A DNA stretch of 63,466 nt, filler included, from Octopus bimaculoides (lineage: Eukaryota): assembly GCF_001194135.2 (NCBI RefSeq). It is 9 parts of 9 records of this genome, joined end to end, with 100 filler letters (N's around TTAATTAATTAA, not from the genome) between each part and the next. Parts side by side here need not be neighbours in the genome. Positions count along the whole stretch, not along the records: positions 52,680 to 58,483 come from NC_068985.1; positions 58,584 to 60,530 come from NW_026309346.1; positions 60,631 to 63,466 come from NC_068988.1; 6 more parts are not named here. One strand, 5' to 3'. Of the stretch, positions 53,045 to 63,466 are shown one piece after another. The notes under the pieces are model-generated. The model had not been told where the DNA came from, ran no database searches, and saw only the letters and a list, made by a program, of their open reading frames with translations. The position numbers and the translations under genes are program-made. Every line of letters begins with the position of its first letter. Within the stretch, counting starts at the first letter, position 1.

Positions 53045-55779
53045 ATATATATATATTCTTTTATTCCTTTATTTGTTTCAGTCATATGACTGCGCCCATG
53101 CTGGAGCACCCCATTTCGTCGAACGTCGAGCAAATCGACACCAGGACACCTGGACTGGTATTAGTATGTTGTATATATATATATTTGTATTTATGTGCTA
53201 TCTGAGTATAGAGCCAGAAAACCGGGATCTGCAATTATCCAGTAATGTTTTGCTAGTTTATGTTCTCTCTTTGACTTCTCTCCTGGTGCTGTATGAACAT
53301 TTAATGTGGTTTTAGAGTCAATACGTTATATAATTTAATATTAAACTCTGCATGAGTTCTCTGAAAATTGTATGATGAAAGCCATATACAGAAAATGTTC
53401 TCACGGAATGATACTGACATATGTTCTGACTGATCTTCCATATTTTCCAATATTTTAAAATAGTTGTTGAGTTACCGTTGTCTTTAGCTCATTAGCATTA
53501 GTATTTCTCTTTTGTGGTTTTTAAGTAATTGTATTAAATATGTGGGTGTTCTGAAAGCAATTACGCATTCTTAAAGAAGGGGAAAATGGCATTTAAGTTG
53601 AGTAAATATTATTGCACATTAATATAATCACCATAATTATCAGATATTGTGAAAGGTAACGTGCTGGCAAAATGGATACAATCTCGGCAAATTTCTTTAC
53701 CGAATTAGCTCTTATTGTTCCGAGTTCAAGCACCGCGGGGATTATATGTATATATTTATATAGGTAGAAGATAAAGCAAAAGTTTAGCACATCTTTAATG
53801 TCCTCTTACAATTATTTCGGTGTTAATCACCTTTCAACGCGGTTGCGCGCAAATATTCATGTGAGAAGTTACGTAATATTTTGGAGAAAGTGAAGAAAAG
53901 CGGGTTTGGAGAAGGAATATCAGGAATTGATGTGATAATATTATCTCTAGTCACACTACAAATATACAATAATAATAATAAGGAATGTATATGTGTATAT
54001 CTTCTTAATTTTAACAGATATTTAATAACATGTATTACCGAAACGACGACAGGTATTGAATAGAAACTTTGATCAATGGTTTTACTGTAGTGTAGTTATT
54101 TTATTTATTTCATTTTATTGAGTTTTATTTAGTACTGGAACGTAATCCTACTTATTGTGTAATCAATAACATGCAATAGGATGTACCTCGCTTCGATATT
54201 TACTACATCCGAGTTTCCGCTCGCTATGAAACACATGTTGTCCGGACTTTATCTACTCCATTCCTTAACTCTTGGGGATATATGTATATATATATATCAC
54301 TTGTTAAGTTTATCGCTACATACATTCTATACACTGATTTTTGTTTCGATGTTTCATACACGGGGCATCAGATGTAAACAAACAATGAGATCGAAGATAA
54401 AAACTGGACAATGTGTGTATATGTCATATTTCGGGAAGTTTTGCTCCTGCATCCCCAACCATCTGACCCCTTAATCATCCACGAACACATTGCTTAAATA
54501 GCCACTAAATACACCGATGTAAAATTATTGGATATACCACATTTAAATATTAAACATATTGGTAGAAGCTGGTACGTAGCAAACATCACTCCAGGCTATA
54601 ATTTCTATAGAATATCTGGAGAGATAATCTATTCAAATGATTTAATAGCACTGCTAACACAATATAACAAGGTATTGACTTATGAAGGCGTCTAATGTAC
54701 TTTGTAGTATATCATGGTTGCATAACGAAATCCTGTGTCCCTACAAGTCATTAATATTTGTGTACTGGCTATCGAATAAGATATGAAACGAGAACAGAGG
54801 AAACTGTTTGTGGTAATGTAGCTTGCAAAAAATAGCAAATAAAAACTTCTTCTAATGGTATCCTATACACCTATATAAGAAAACAATGTTAAGCTGTGTA
54901 AGGTAATCCAAGAGAAATGATACCCACAAAACGTGCATGGGTACAATATAAATACATTTGATCATGTCTGCTCATTCAGTCCTGACCTGGGTTTTAGCAA
55001 CATAAACTACCATACGTTGAACATAAAGTCACCGTCTCTAGAATTCTTTAAAGAATATTTCAGGTGCTACATCATTATCATTATCATAACAAAACATTTA
55101 GCAGTTCAGAATGTAAATTGTATTTAATGTTTCAAGCATTTTTATTCTATTAATCTATTCAAAACACTTGTGGATTAATTGCGTAAGACAAGTTAGATTC
55201 CGAGAGAGAGCCATTCGATTCTCTTACATTCCTGAGCCATGAATTCCACTTCCTAATTTTCTCTCTCCGTCGGCAAGAAGAATGCCGTGCTGTTAAACAT
55301 TTAGCAGTTTTGTCTATGGGGAAAACAATTGATCCTTTTTATTCAACAATTTATGCCCATACAAATACAACTACTTAATATACATACAGATATCACCTGT
55401 GAATAACTTCAGAGATACAGGTAACATTATTAAACGCACATGCATCTAGAAAATGTGTCCTTTATGATGTTTTACATTTGGAGTTATTAGGAAATTGAAG
55501 TTAATTATATTTGGACGATGCTTGCCATAATTAGATTGCGATTACTGTCGTTTTACATATATACGATGTGATATATTGTGCGTTACTAATTTAATTATTA
55601 ACACATTGTGATATCTGTAATTCTCGAGTGTTGCCTTACTGCTAATGATTTCAAAATTAGATCTACTTTTGTTACATCATTGTTTCACTTAAGAATACAT
55701 TTATAAGCGTTTGTACTGTACTAATTACATTCTTTAATATATTACCATTAAGTATACTTAACACGTACCTATCTTGCCT

Positions 55780-56760
55780 CCAACACAATGATCACGCGAT
55801 GGTCATCATGCTCTCTCATACAACTGATACGCAGAACATCCCGTATTCATGGCATCTTGTTACGCAGTATATGACATAACCCAAGTCTCGATCTGCTGGA
55901 GCAGAATCTCTCACAATCATTGCTTCAAAGCTCACTCTGGTCACCCACATTTCTTGGTAATATCACATCAATGACTTTCTAGGAAATGTCTTCAAATTCT
56001 CGTGATTTCTTCGAGCTATTTCGAAGTTCTCACTTCCGTTATATAGAGCTTTCCTCCATTTTGGTCGGCCAGTTGCAGTTCCTTTCTATATATTTTCAAC
56101 GATATTTTAACACAATCCATGAATCTCAGGATTCAGCTCATAATACAAAGATAGCTTCGGAATACTACAGTCCCTTATTCTCACTAAGTGACTTTCCTCC
56201 ACTGGCGTCAGCGCTGCAAAATGATTGAGTCAATCCTTCGACTCGACTTATTTCAAAAACCTCAAAACCACTCACATGTATTCTCCGACGCAGGCCCAAC
56301 ATACGGTTAGACACTTGTGGTGAAATCGCTCCAGCTGTTTCAAATTCTTTCGGTTGGTTATCCACATCTCAGAAGCATACATCAGGGATAATAACACACG
56401 TTATATTAATCTTCACTTGAATATCATTAAAGATACCATGCAAATTCTCTATTTTCTGGGTAAAAGGCTATTGAAATATATTCATACTGTGTTCCATTGA
56501 AATAGACATATAAATAACCAGCTCGGGACCAATTTTGAGAAATTAGGATTCTGAAAATTCGAAAGGAGGAAGCTGTTTGGGGGACGACAGATGACGGCTG
56601 CCAGCCTCTCTTTTGTGTTCCTTTACATTTGTAAGGTCTTGCGCCTGTATAGAATAACGGCAGGATTCGTCAAACTTACGCAACGCGTATACTCAAAGTA
56701 TTGATTATGAAATGAGAACTCTAGACCATTGATATTGAACAACAGAAAATAAATTTTGCA
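55780..56760 (-). mobile_element. Decayed RTE-clade LINE (RT C-terminus to terminal zinc finger)
   Basis: LRKFDESCR, LMYASEMWITNRKNLKQLERFHHKCL, SIPKLSLYYEL, RPKWRKALYNGSENFE and terminal DCERFCSSRSRLGLCH. Confidence 0.8.
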
Positions 56761-59700
56761 CAGTGGCCGAAGCTCTCGTACGATGCCATGTGGTTAATAA
56801 TTATTTCAAGTGAAGCATTATGAGGATCGGCCCAGTGTTGTAATTATTAGGGGCTAAAGGCATAAGTGTTCTGCTACATAAATTGGCTCGTACTTATTCC
56901 AAGAGAATCCTCTAAAATGCACGTTAGATATCATAAAAGAACGAAGAACAATTTTTGTTTTCATTTTCCTTTGTTTAAATAACCAAAATTCGATTTAGTT
57001 TACTCTCTCATCATAGTGATTTATACGTCGCGGCTGTGTCAATATTATGCCAACCATATTTATTCATATTTACAAAATCGTATTACAATGGCCCCTTTTC
57101 AAATAAATCATATTGAAAATTGTATAGGTCAGTGAACATTTGAAACAATACCGAAAACTATCAAGATATATTGTATTTGTTTAACTTACTAAAAGTACTG
57201 TAAAAACACATCGAAATCAAGTATGTATAAATGCCATTTATATTGACCACATTAACAGTGAAAAATATAAAGATATAAATCTGTAATTTATATGAGCAAT
57301 AAGAATTAAGAAAACAACATATAAAATATATAAATAATGTTTTGAACAGAGCTGAATTGCTTATTGTTGTCCCATAAAATTAATAGCAGTGGAAAAGTTA
57401 CAATATTTAAAATTCAAAACGCATATAATGTCTCGTTTGACTGGTAGAAATAGCTACGAATTTCCCTCAAATTATTCCCTACAGTAAATATAATAATTGT
57501 TAGCTATGAAAGTTCACAATGTTTATATGAAGAGTGCCATTGGATAATAGGTGTAAACGGCCAGTTTTGATAAATGTCAAAAAACAACTAAATTGATATA
57601 AATGTCTGCGATAGAAAAATGCCCTCATCATGAACCATTATGTGTATAAATGGATGTTATTTGTATCACACCTATCAAAGATGGAAGAATTCTGAGTTCA
57701 AATTTTGTCGAGGTGGATTTTACCTTTCATCCTTCCAGGGTCGATGATTTAACTGCCAGTTGAGCACTGGGGGTGGGGGGGGTGATCGACTTAGCCCCGC
57801 CCTTTCCCGAAACTGCTGGTGACATACCATGATTTGAATCCAATATTTATGTAAAGAATCCACTACTCACATCTCTTATCCGATATTGTTTTAAAAATAG
57901 TCCATGGGCTGCAGTGTATGGAACACATGACAGCAGTCGTGCATTCATTGACGATATTTTTCTGGAAGTGTATGAAGAAACAGTTTATCCGTTTCGAAAG
58001 CATTCCTCAAGTTTCTCAAGTGATTATGAATTTTCATAACGCTAACATCTAATTCAGTGGTAAGATATAGCAAGATTCCTTACAAGCGATGCTTGTAGTA
58101 TTTCATTAACTAATTCGACAGGACACCGTAGATTGACTTTTCTAAATTTTTCAAACAGCATTCTGCAATATTAGCTATAAAAAAGTTCAACATTTCACGA
58201 TGCTACTCATACGTTAAAACCTCGATTAAATTCGTAAAGTATAGTGTGACGAATAATCTCTGTACTTGGTTACATGAAGTGTTCTACATATAGAAAATTA
58301 AAATATATAAAAAATAAGATTGTTTCTCTGTGGGAACCAATCATAAAATGATTATGTATCAGTAAATGCCAGTATAATTTCTTTAAAAAAAGTTACACCT
58401 TATCGTTACCGGAGAGAATTGTCTAGACAATTTGATATATGGAGTGGCAAGTTTCCTTTCACCATTTAACTGTGGACATTATTNNNNNNNNNNNNNNNNN
58501 NNNNNNNNNNNNNNNNNNNNNNNNNNNTTAATTAATTAANNNNNNNNNNNNNNNNNNNNNNNNNNNNNNNNNNNNNNNNNNNNAAACAATATATGAGTAT
58601 ATGCATATATATGTACATGTATGTATATACGTTCATCTACATGTACATATAGATACATAACTGGGTACATGACGTGGCAAAAGAACAAGGGCAAAATGGT
58701 AAACAAGGTGCAAACAAGCAAGCAGGCCACATAGAAACATCCCCTTCATCAGTTGCCACCATTAAAACTCCGGCGTTTCGAAGAGTTAAGGCAGTACGCA
58801 TCGTTGAAATGGTTCTTCCCACGAACACAAATTAAATTGTTTTCGTGGAGGGTAGTGGCGGACTACATACACACATATATNNNNNNNNNNNNNNNNNNNN
58901 NNNNNNNNNNNNNNNNNNNNNNNNNNNNNNNNNNNNNNNNNNNNNNNNNNNNNNNNNNNNNNNNNNNNNNNNNNNNNNNNNNNNNNNNNNNNNNNNNNNN
59001 NNNNNNNNNNNNNNNNNNNNNNNNNNNNNNNNNNNNNNNNNNNNNNNNNNNNNNNNNNNNNNNNNNNNNNNNNNNNNNNNNNNNNNNNNNNNNNNNNNNN
59101 NNNNNNNNNNNNNNNNNNNNNNNNNNNNNNNNNNNNNNNNNNNNNNNNNNNNNNNNNNNNNNNNNNNNNNNNNNNNNNNNNNNNNNNNNNNNNNNNNNNN
59201 NNNNNNNNNNNNNNNNNNNNNNNNNNNNNNNNNNNNNNNNNNNNNNNNNNNNNNNNNNNNNNNNNNNNNNNNNNNNNNNNNNNNNNNNNNNNNNNNNNNN
59301 NNNNNNNNNNNNNNNNNNNNNNNNNNNNNNNNNNNNNNNNNNNNNNNNNNNNNNNNNNNNNNNNNNNNNNNNNNNNNNNNNNNNNNNNNNNNNNNNNNNN
59401 NNNNNNNNNNNNNNNNNNNNNNNNNNNNNNNNNNNNNNNNNNNNNNNNNNNNNNNNNNNNNNNNNNNNNNNNNNNNNNNNNNNNNNNNNNNNNNNNNNNN
59501 NNNNNNNNNNNNNNNNNNNNNNNNNNNNNNNNNNNNNNNNNNNNNNNNNNNNNNNNNNNNNNNNNNNNNNNNNNNNNNNNNNNNNNNNCATACAAACATA
59601 TGCACGACTTATTAAATCCTGACAATGTATTGAAAAGACACCCACGTAGGTTGCACATCTGATTCGGACCACCAAGATCTGCAGAGTACGTAGTGGGACT

Positions 59701-60421
59701 GAACCCGGAACCATAAGGTCTGGAAGCGAGCTTCGTACTACACAGCTATATACGAGCGAGCAGATATATAAATGCATCTGGTTCTATCTATTGTATTTGC
59801 TTCAGTGACTGGACTGCGGCCATGCTGGGGCAAAGCTTTGAAAAGTTTAGTCGGAAAGAGGCTCTCCGTTACTTGCTCTTTTCAAGTCTTGTTCTTATGC
59901 TATGGGGGGATTTGTTTTTGTCGAACCGCTAGGTGTTGGGAACGTAAACAAACCAGGCTGTAGATCGGACAAAATAATTACTAAGACTCACATAGATACA
60001 TGTAAAATACGACGGGCTTCCAGACAGTTTCCTTTTATTAAATTCACTCACATGGCAAGGGTATGCACGTAGCAAACGACTTGGGCTGCTGGTATTGCTG
60101 GTGGTAACGGTGAAGGTGAAGGCGATGGGTGTGGCTGGCGTTGAATGGTGTTGTGGGGGGCAGTGGGGGTTGTGGAGGCGTTAGGGGGGATGGTGGTGGT
60201 GTTTTTTTGTGTCGCGGCGGTGACATGGTGACGGTGGTGTTGGGCGTCGGTCGGTGATGACATCTTTATATATATATATATTGTCTCCGACTCCGTCCTT
60301 TTACAGATTCCTTCTGACACCAAGGAGCTGCCAGTGACGAGTGTATATACATACATACATACATACATATGTGTTTGTGTGTGTGTCTGTATATGCATAT
60401 GTATATGTATATATATACATG

Positions 60422-60530
<109 letters not shown>

Positions 60531-61387
60531 NNNNNNNNNNNNNNNNNNNNNNNNNNNNNNNNNNNNNNNNNNNNTTAATTAATTAANNNNNNNNNNNNNN
60601 NNNNNNNNNNNNNNNNNNNNNNNNNNNNNNATATATATATATATATATATATATATAGGCACACAATACAGTAGTTTGTGCGGTAGCAGTTAGCTATAAT
60701 ATTTTCAACTGGACGCTGTGTTCATAAGCAAGGACTAGACAGAAAAATCGAGAAAACCAACTACAGAATATTTGAAATACACCACAGAAAATCTGACACA
60801 GAAAGATTATATTTACCAAGTAAATAGAGAGTTAGAGAGAGCTAGAGTGGTTCTGCAAATAAGAAAATTGTTATAAAATAGCCTGTGTATGTCTATAAAA
60901 AAATATAAAGTAAAGAAAACAGCTACAAAACAGGAACAAAACAAGCGTTTTTTTTTAAATTTTTTACCAATAGTTTGACATAAAAAGATTGTTTGCTTAA
61001 CGATAACAGAGAATTAAGGACTTTCTGCAAATAAGAACACTATTATAGAATAACAATAGTGGGACTATAAATATATATAGTTATATATAAAATATATATG
61101 TTATAGAATAATATATGGAAAATAAATGATGAGAAAGTGATGAAAATTGTTGGAGAATATAAACAAAACAAATGTGTCTTCTGCCCTCAGAGAAGTTAAA
61201 CATTCGAAGAAAGAGTTTGAAGTAACGGATGTTTGTGAGCTGAATTTTTTAAAAAAGCAACATAGAATTGGAAATTGTAAAAAAAAAAGAAGATATTTTG
61301 TTAGGTGCAAGAAAGAGTGGGTGCAAACGTGTGGTTTTGGGTTCAGTCCTACAGCGCAGCACATCGGGTAGGTACACACACACACAC

Positions 61388-61425
<38 letters not shown>

Positions 61426-61883
61426 NNNNNNNNNNNNNNNNNNNNNNNNNNNNNNNNNNNNNNNNNNNNNNNNNNNNNNNNNNNNNNNNNNNNNNNNNNN
61501 NNNNNNNNNNNNNNNNNNNNNNNNNNNNNNNNNNNNNNNNNNNNNNNNNNNNNNNNNNNNNNNNNNNNNNNNNNNNNNNNNNNNNNNNNNNNNNNNNNNN
61601 NNNNNNNNNNNNNNNNNNNNNNNNNNNNNNNNNNNNNNNNNNNNNNNNNNNNNNNNNNNNNNNNNNNNNNNNNNNNNNNNNNNNNNNNNNNNNNNNNNNN
61701 NNNNNNNNNNNNNNNNNNNNNNNNNNNNNNNNNNNNNNNNNNNNNNNNNNNNNNNNNNNNNNNNNNNNNNNNNNNNNNNNNNNNNNNNNNNNNNNNNNNN
61801 NNNNNNNNNNNNNNNNNNNNNNNNNNNNNNNNNNNNNNNNNNNNNNNNNNNNNNNNNNNNNNNNNNNNNNNNNNNNNNNNNNT

Positions 61884-62240
61884 ACTTTCTCTTTTATTCT
61901 TTTACTTGTTTGAGTCATTTGATTGCGGCCATGCTGGAGTACCGCCTTTAGTCAAGCAAATCGACCACAGGACTTATTTTTCGTAAGCCTATCGGTCTCT
62001 TTTCTTATTCTATCGGTTCCTTTTGCCGAACCGTTAAGTTACGGGGACGTAAACACAGACACACAAACACACACACACACACATATATAGTCGACGGGCT
62101 TCTTTTCAGTTTCCGTCTACTGAATCCACTCACAAGGCTTTAGTCGGCCTGAGGCTATAGTAGAAGACACTTGCTGAAGGTGCCACGGAACCATGTGATT
62201 GGTAAGCAAGTTACTTACCACACAGCCAATCCTGCGGCTA
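61884..62240 (-). mobile_element. tRNA-derived SINE, family A, near full length
   Basis: Head tggctgtgtggtaag..., internal (GT)n, tail ...gcatggccgcaatcaaatgactcaaacaagtaaaag. Many partial copies in the window. Confidence 0.85.
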
Positions 62241-62349
62241 TGTATATATATATACATACATACATACATACATGGAAGCGCATGGCTCAGTGCTTAAGGT
62301 GTCACACTCACGATTGCGATATCGTGGGTTCGATTCCCAGACCAAAATA

Positions 62350-63110
62350 TTTTTAAATACAAGAGTAAATTTATGCAATAAAATCGCCATTGGCTTCAAC
62401 GATGGCCTCCAGATGACTTCGGAATATCCTACAATTCTGCTGGAAGGTCTCCTTGTTTAAGTTGGTGAATGCTGCCATGATCCTTGTCTTCATTTCATCC
62501 TTGGTGTTACAGGGAGTTTTGTTGGTCTCTCGCTCAACTGCGCCCCACACATAATAATCAAGGGAGGCGTAATCTGAGGAGTTATGTGGCCAGATGTTAG
62601 AGATAATGTAGTCGCAGAAACTGTCTGACAGTCTTGACTGGGTTCTCCTGCTTGTATGCCATGGTGCAGAGTCCTGTTGCTAGACAATAAGGTATTCCAG
62701 CAGCCACCTTCTTGACCCACTTGATGTAGGCTACCATATTGAGTGTGAGGCCGTGTGGGAAGAAGAATGGAGGCATTACGTCGCCATCACTAGTGATTAC
62801 TCCAAACACCATGATGTTGACTGAATATTTGATTTTTATCACTCTTGGTACATGTTTTGGGGACACGCAGGACAACGGTTGTTGTGTGTGTTCACCACCT
62901 GCTTATATTAGAGCTTCTGGCGCCAGTGTCAAGCAGTGCAGAATGTCGTTTCCGAATTTCTGGCAGAGTGATTTACGTCTTGGTGCTGTTTTTCTCACAG
63001 ATGGTGCCCAACTGACCCTACTATACTGTGTAGTCGACAAAATTACAAACAACGAGCATGCACGATATTAAAAATATAAAATGGCAACATTTTGCCCATC
63101 GCATACTCTG
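62350..63110 (-). mobile_element. Internally deleted Tc1/mariner-superfamily transposon, probably maT (DD37D)
   Basis: IMVFGVITSDGDVMPPFFFPHGL..., followed by frameshifted WPHNSSDYASLDYYVWGAVERETNKTPCNTKDE; TIR-like end CAGAGTATGCG... at 63110. Confidence 0.8.
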
Positions 63111-63466
63111 CGTGCGTATTAAATATATACTCTTATAAAACAAATTTTACAAAATATATAGTATCTGTTAACAGTCTTAGCAAAAAGCTCACAGTTGAGT
63201 TTTTGTATATATATTTATGTATACATGTCTCTTAAAGGATAGAGCTCAAAATCAATGCATTGAAGATACTTTATTGCAGCAACAATTATAATAACAGAAA
63301 CAACCACAATAAGCCAAACCTATGCACATTTCAATAGGGTATCCCGGATAAATAAACCACATCATAAGATGTCTCGTAAAATATTGTAACAAATTACAAC
63401 ATATTACAAATTTCTGGATACTCCATCTCTTCAGGGTCGCATTATTGCCATCACCAATACTATTAT

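Noticed and set aside
16873-59589. Long X-filled ORFs spanning N gaps
   Set aside because: Artefacts of translating through unknown bases.

Overview
This is AT-rich, gap-ridden eukaryotic DNA full of microsatellites and SINEs. The repeat landscape looks like an octopod cephalopod assembly; that is an inference, not checked by search. Almost every entry in the ORF track is a microsatellite or N-gap artefact. The one supportable host gene is a partial, spliced + strand gene. Its six exons (7789-8059, 11868-12154, 13793-13819, 18199-18306, 22520-22543, 24750-24867) all have canonical AG/GT ends and join in one open frame. They encode a probable extracellular mosaic protein: VWA domain with intact MIDAS, 27-nt microexon linker, ShKT six-Cys domain, 24-nt microexon linker, then the first half of a VWC-like Cys-rich repeat. 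The ShKT exon and the 24-nt microexon are not shown in frame by the ORF track. The 5' and 3' ends of the gene were not found; they may lie in N gaps or outside the window. The rest is decayed mobile DNA: R4/Dong-like RLE LINEs, RTE and CR1-like LINEs, mariner and Tc1/maT transposons, three tRNA-SINE families and Penelope-like (PLE) fragments. Several PLE-like pieces carry hammerhead-ribozyme cores, and one near-canonical core lies on the sense strand of an intron of the gene. There is also a ~275-bp foldback inverted repeat and a diverged tandem pair of possible LRR/transmembrane pseudo-exons on the - strand.
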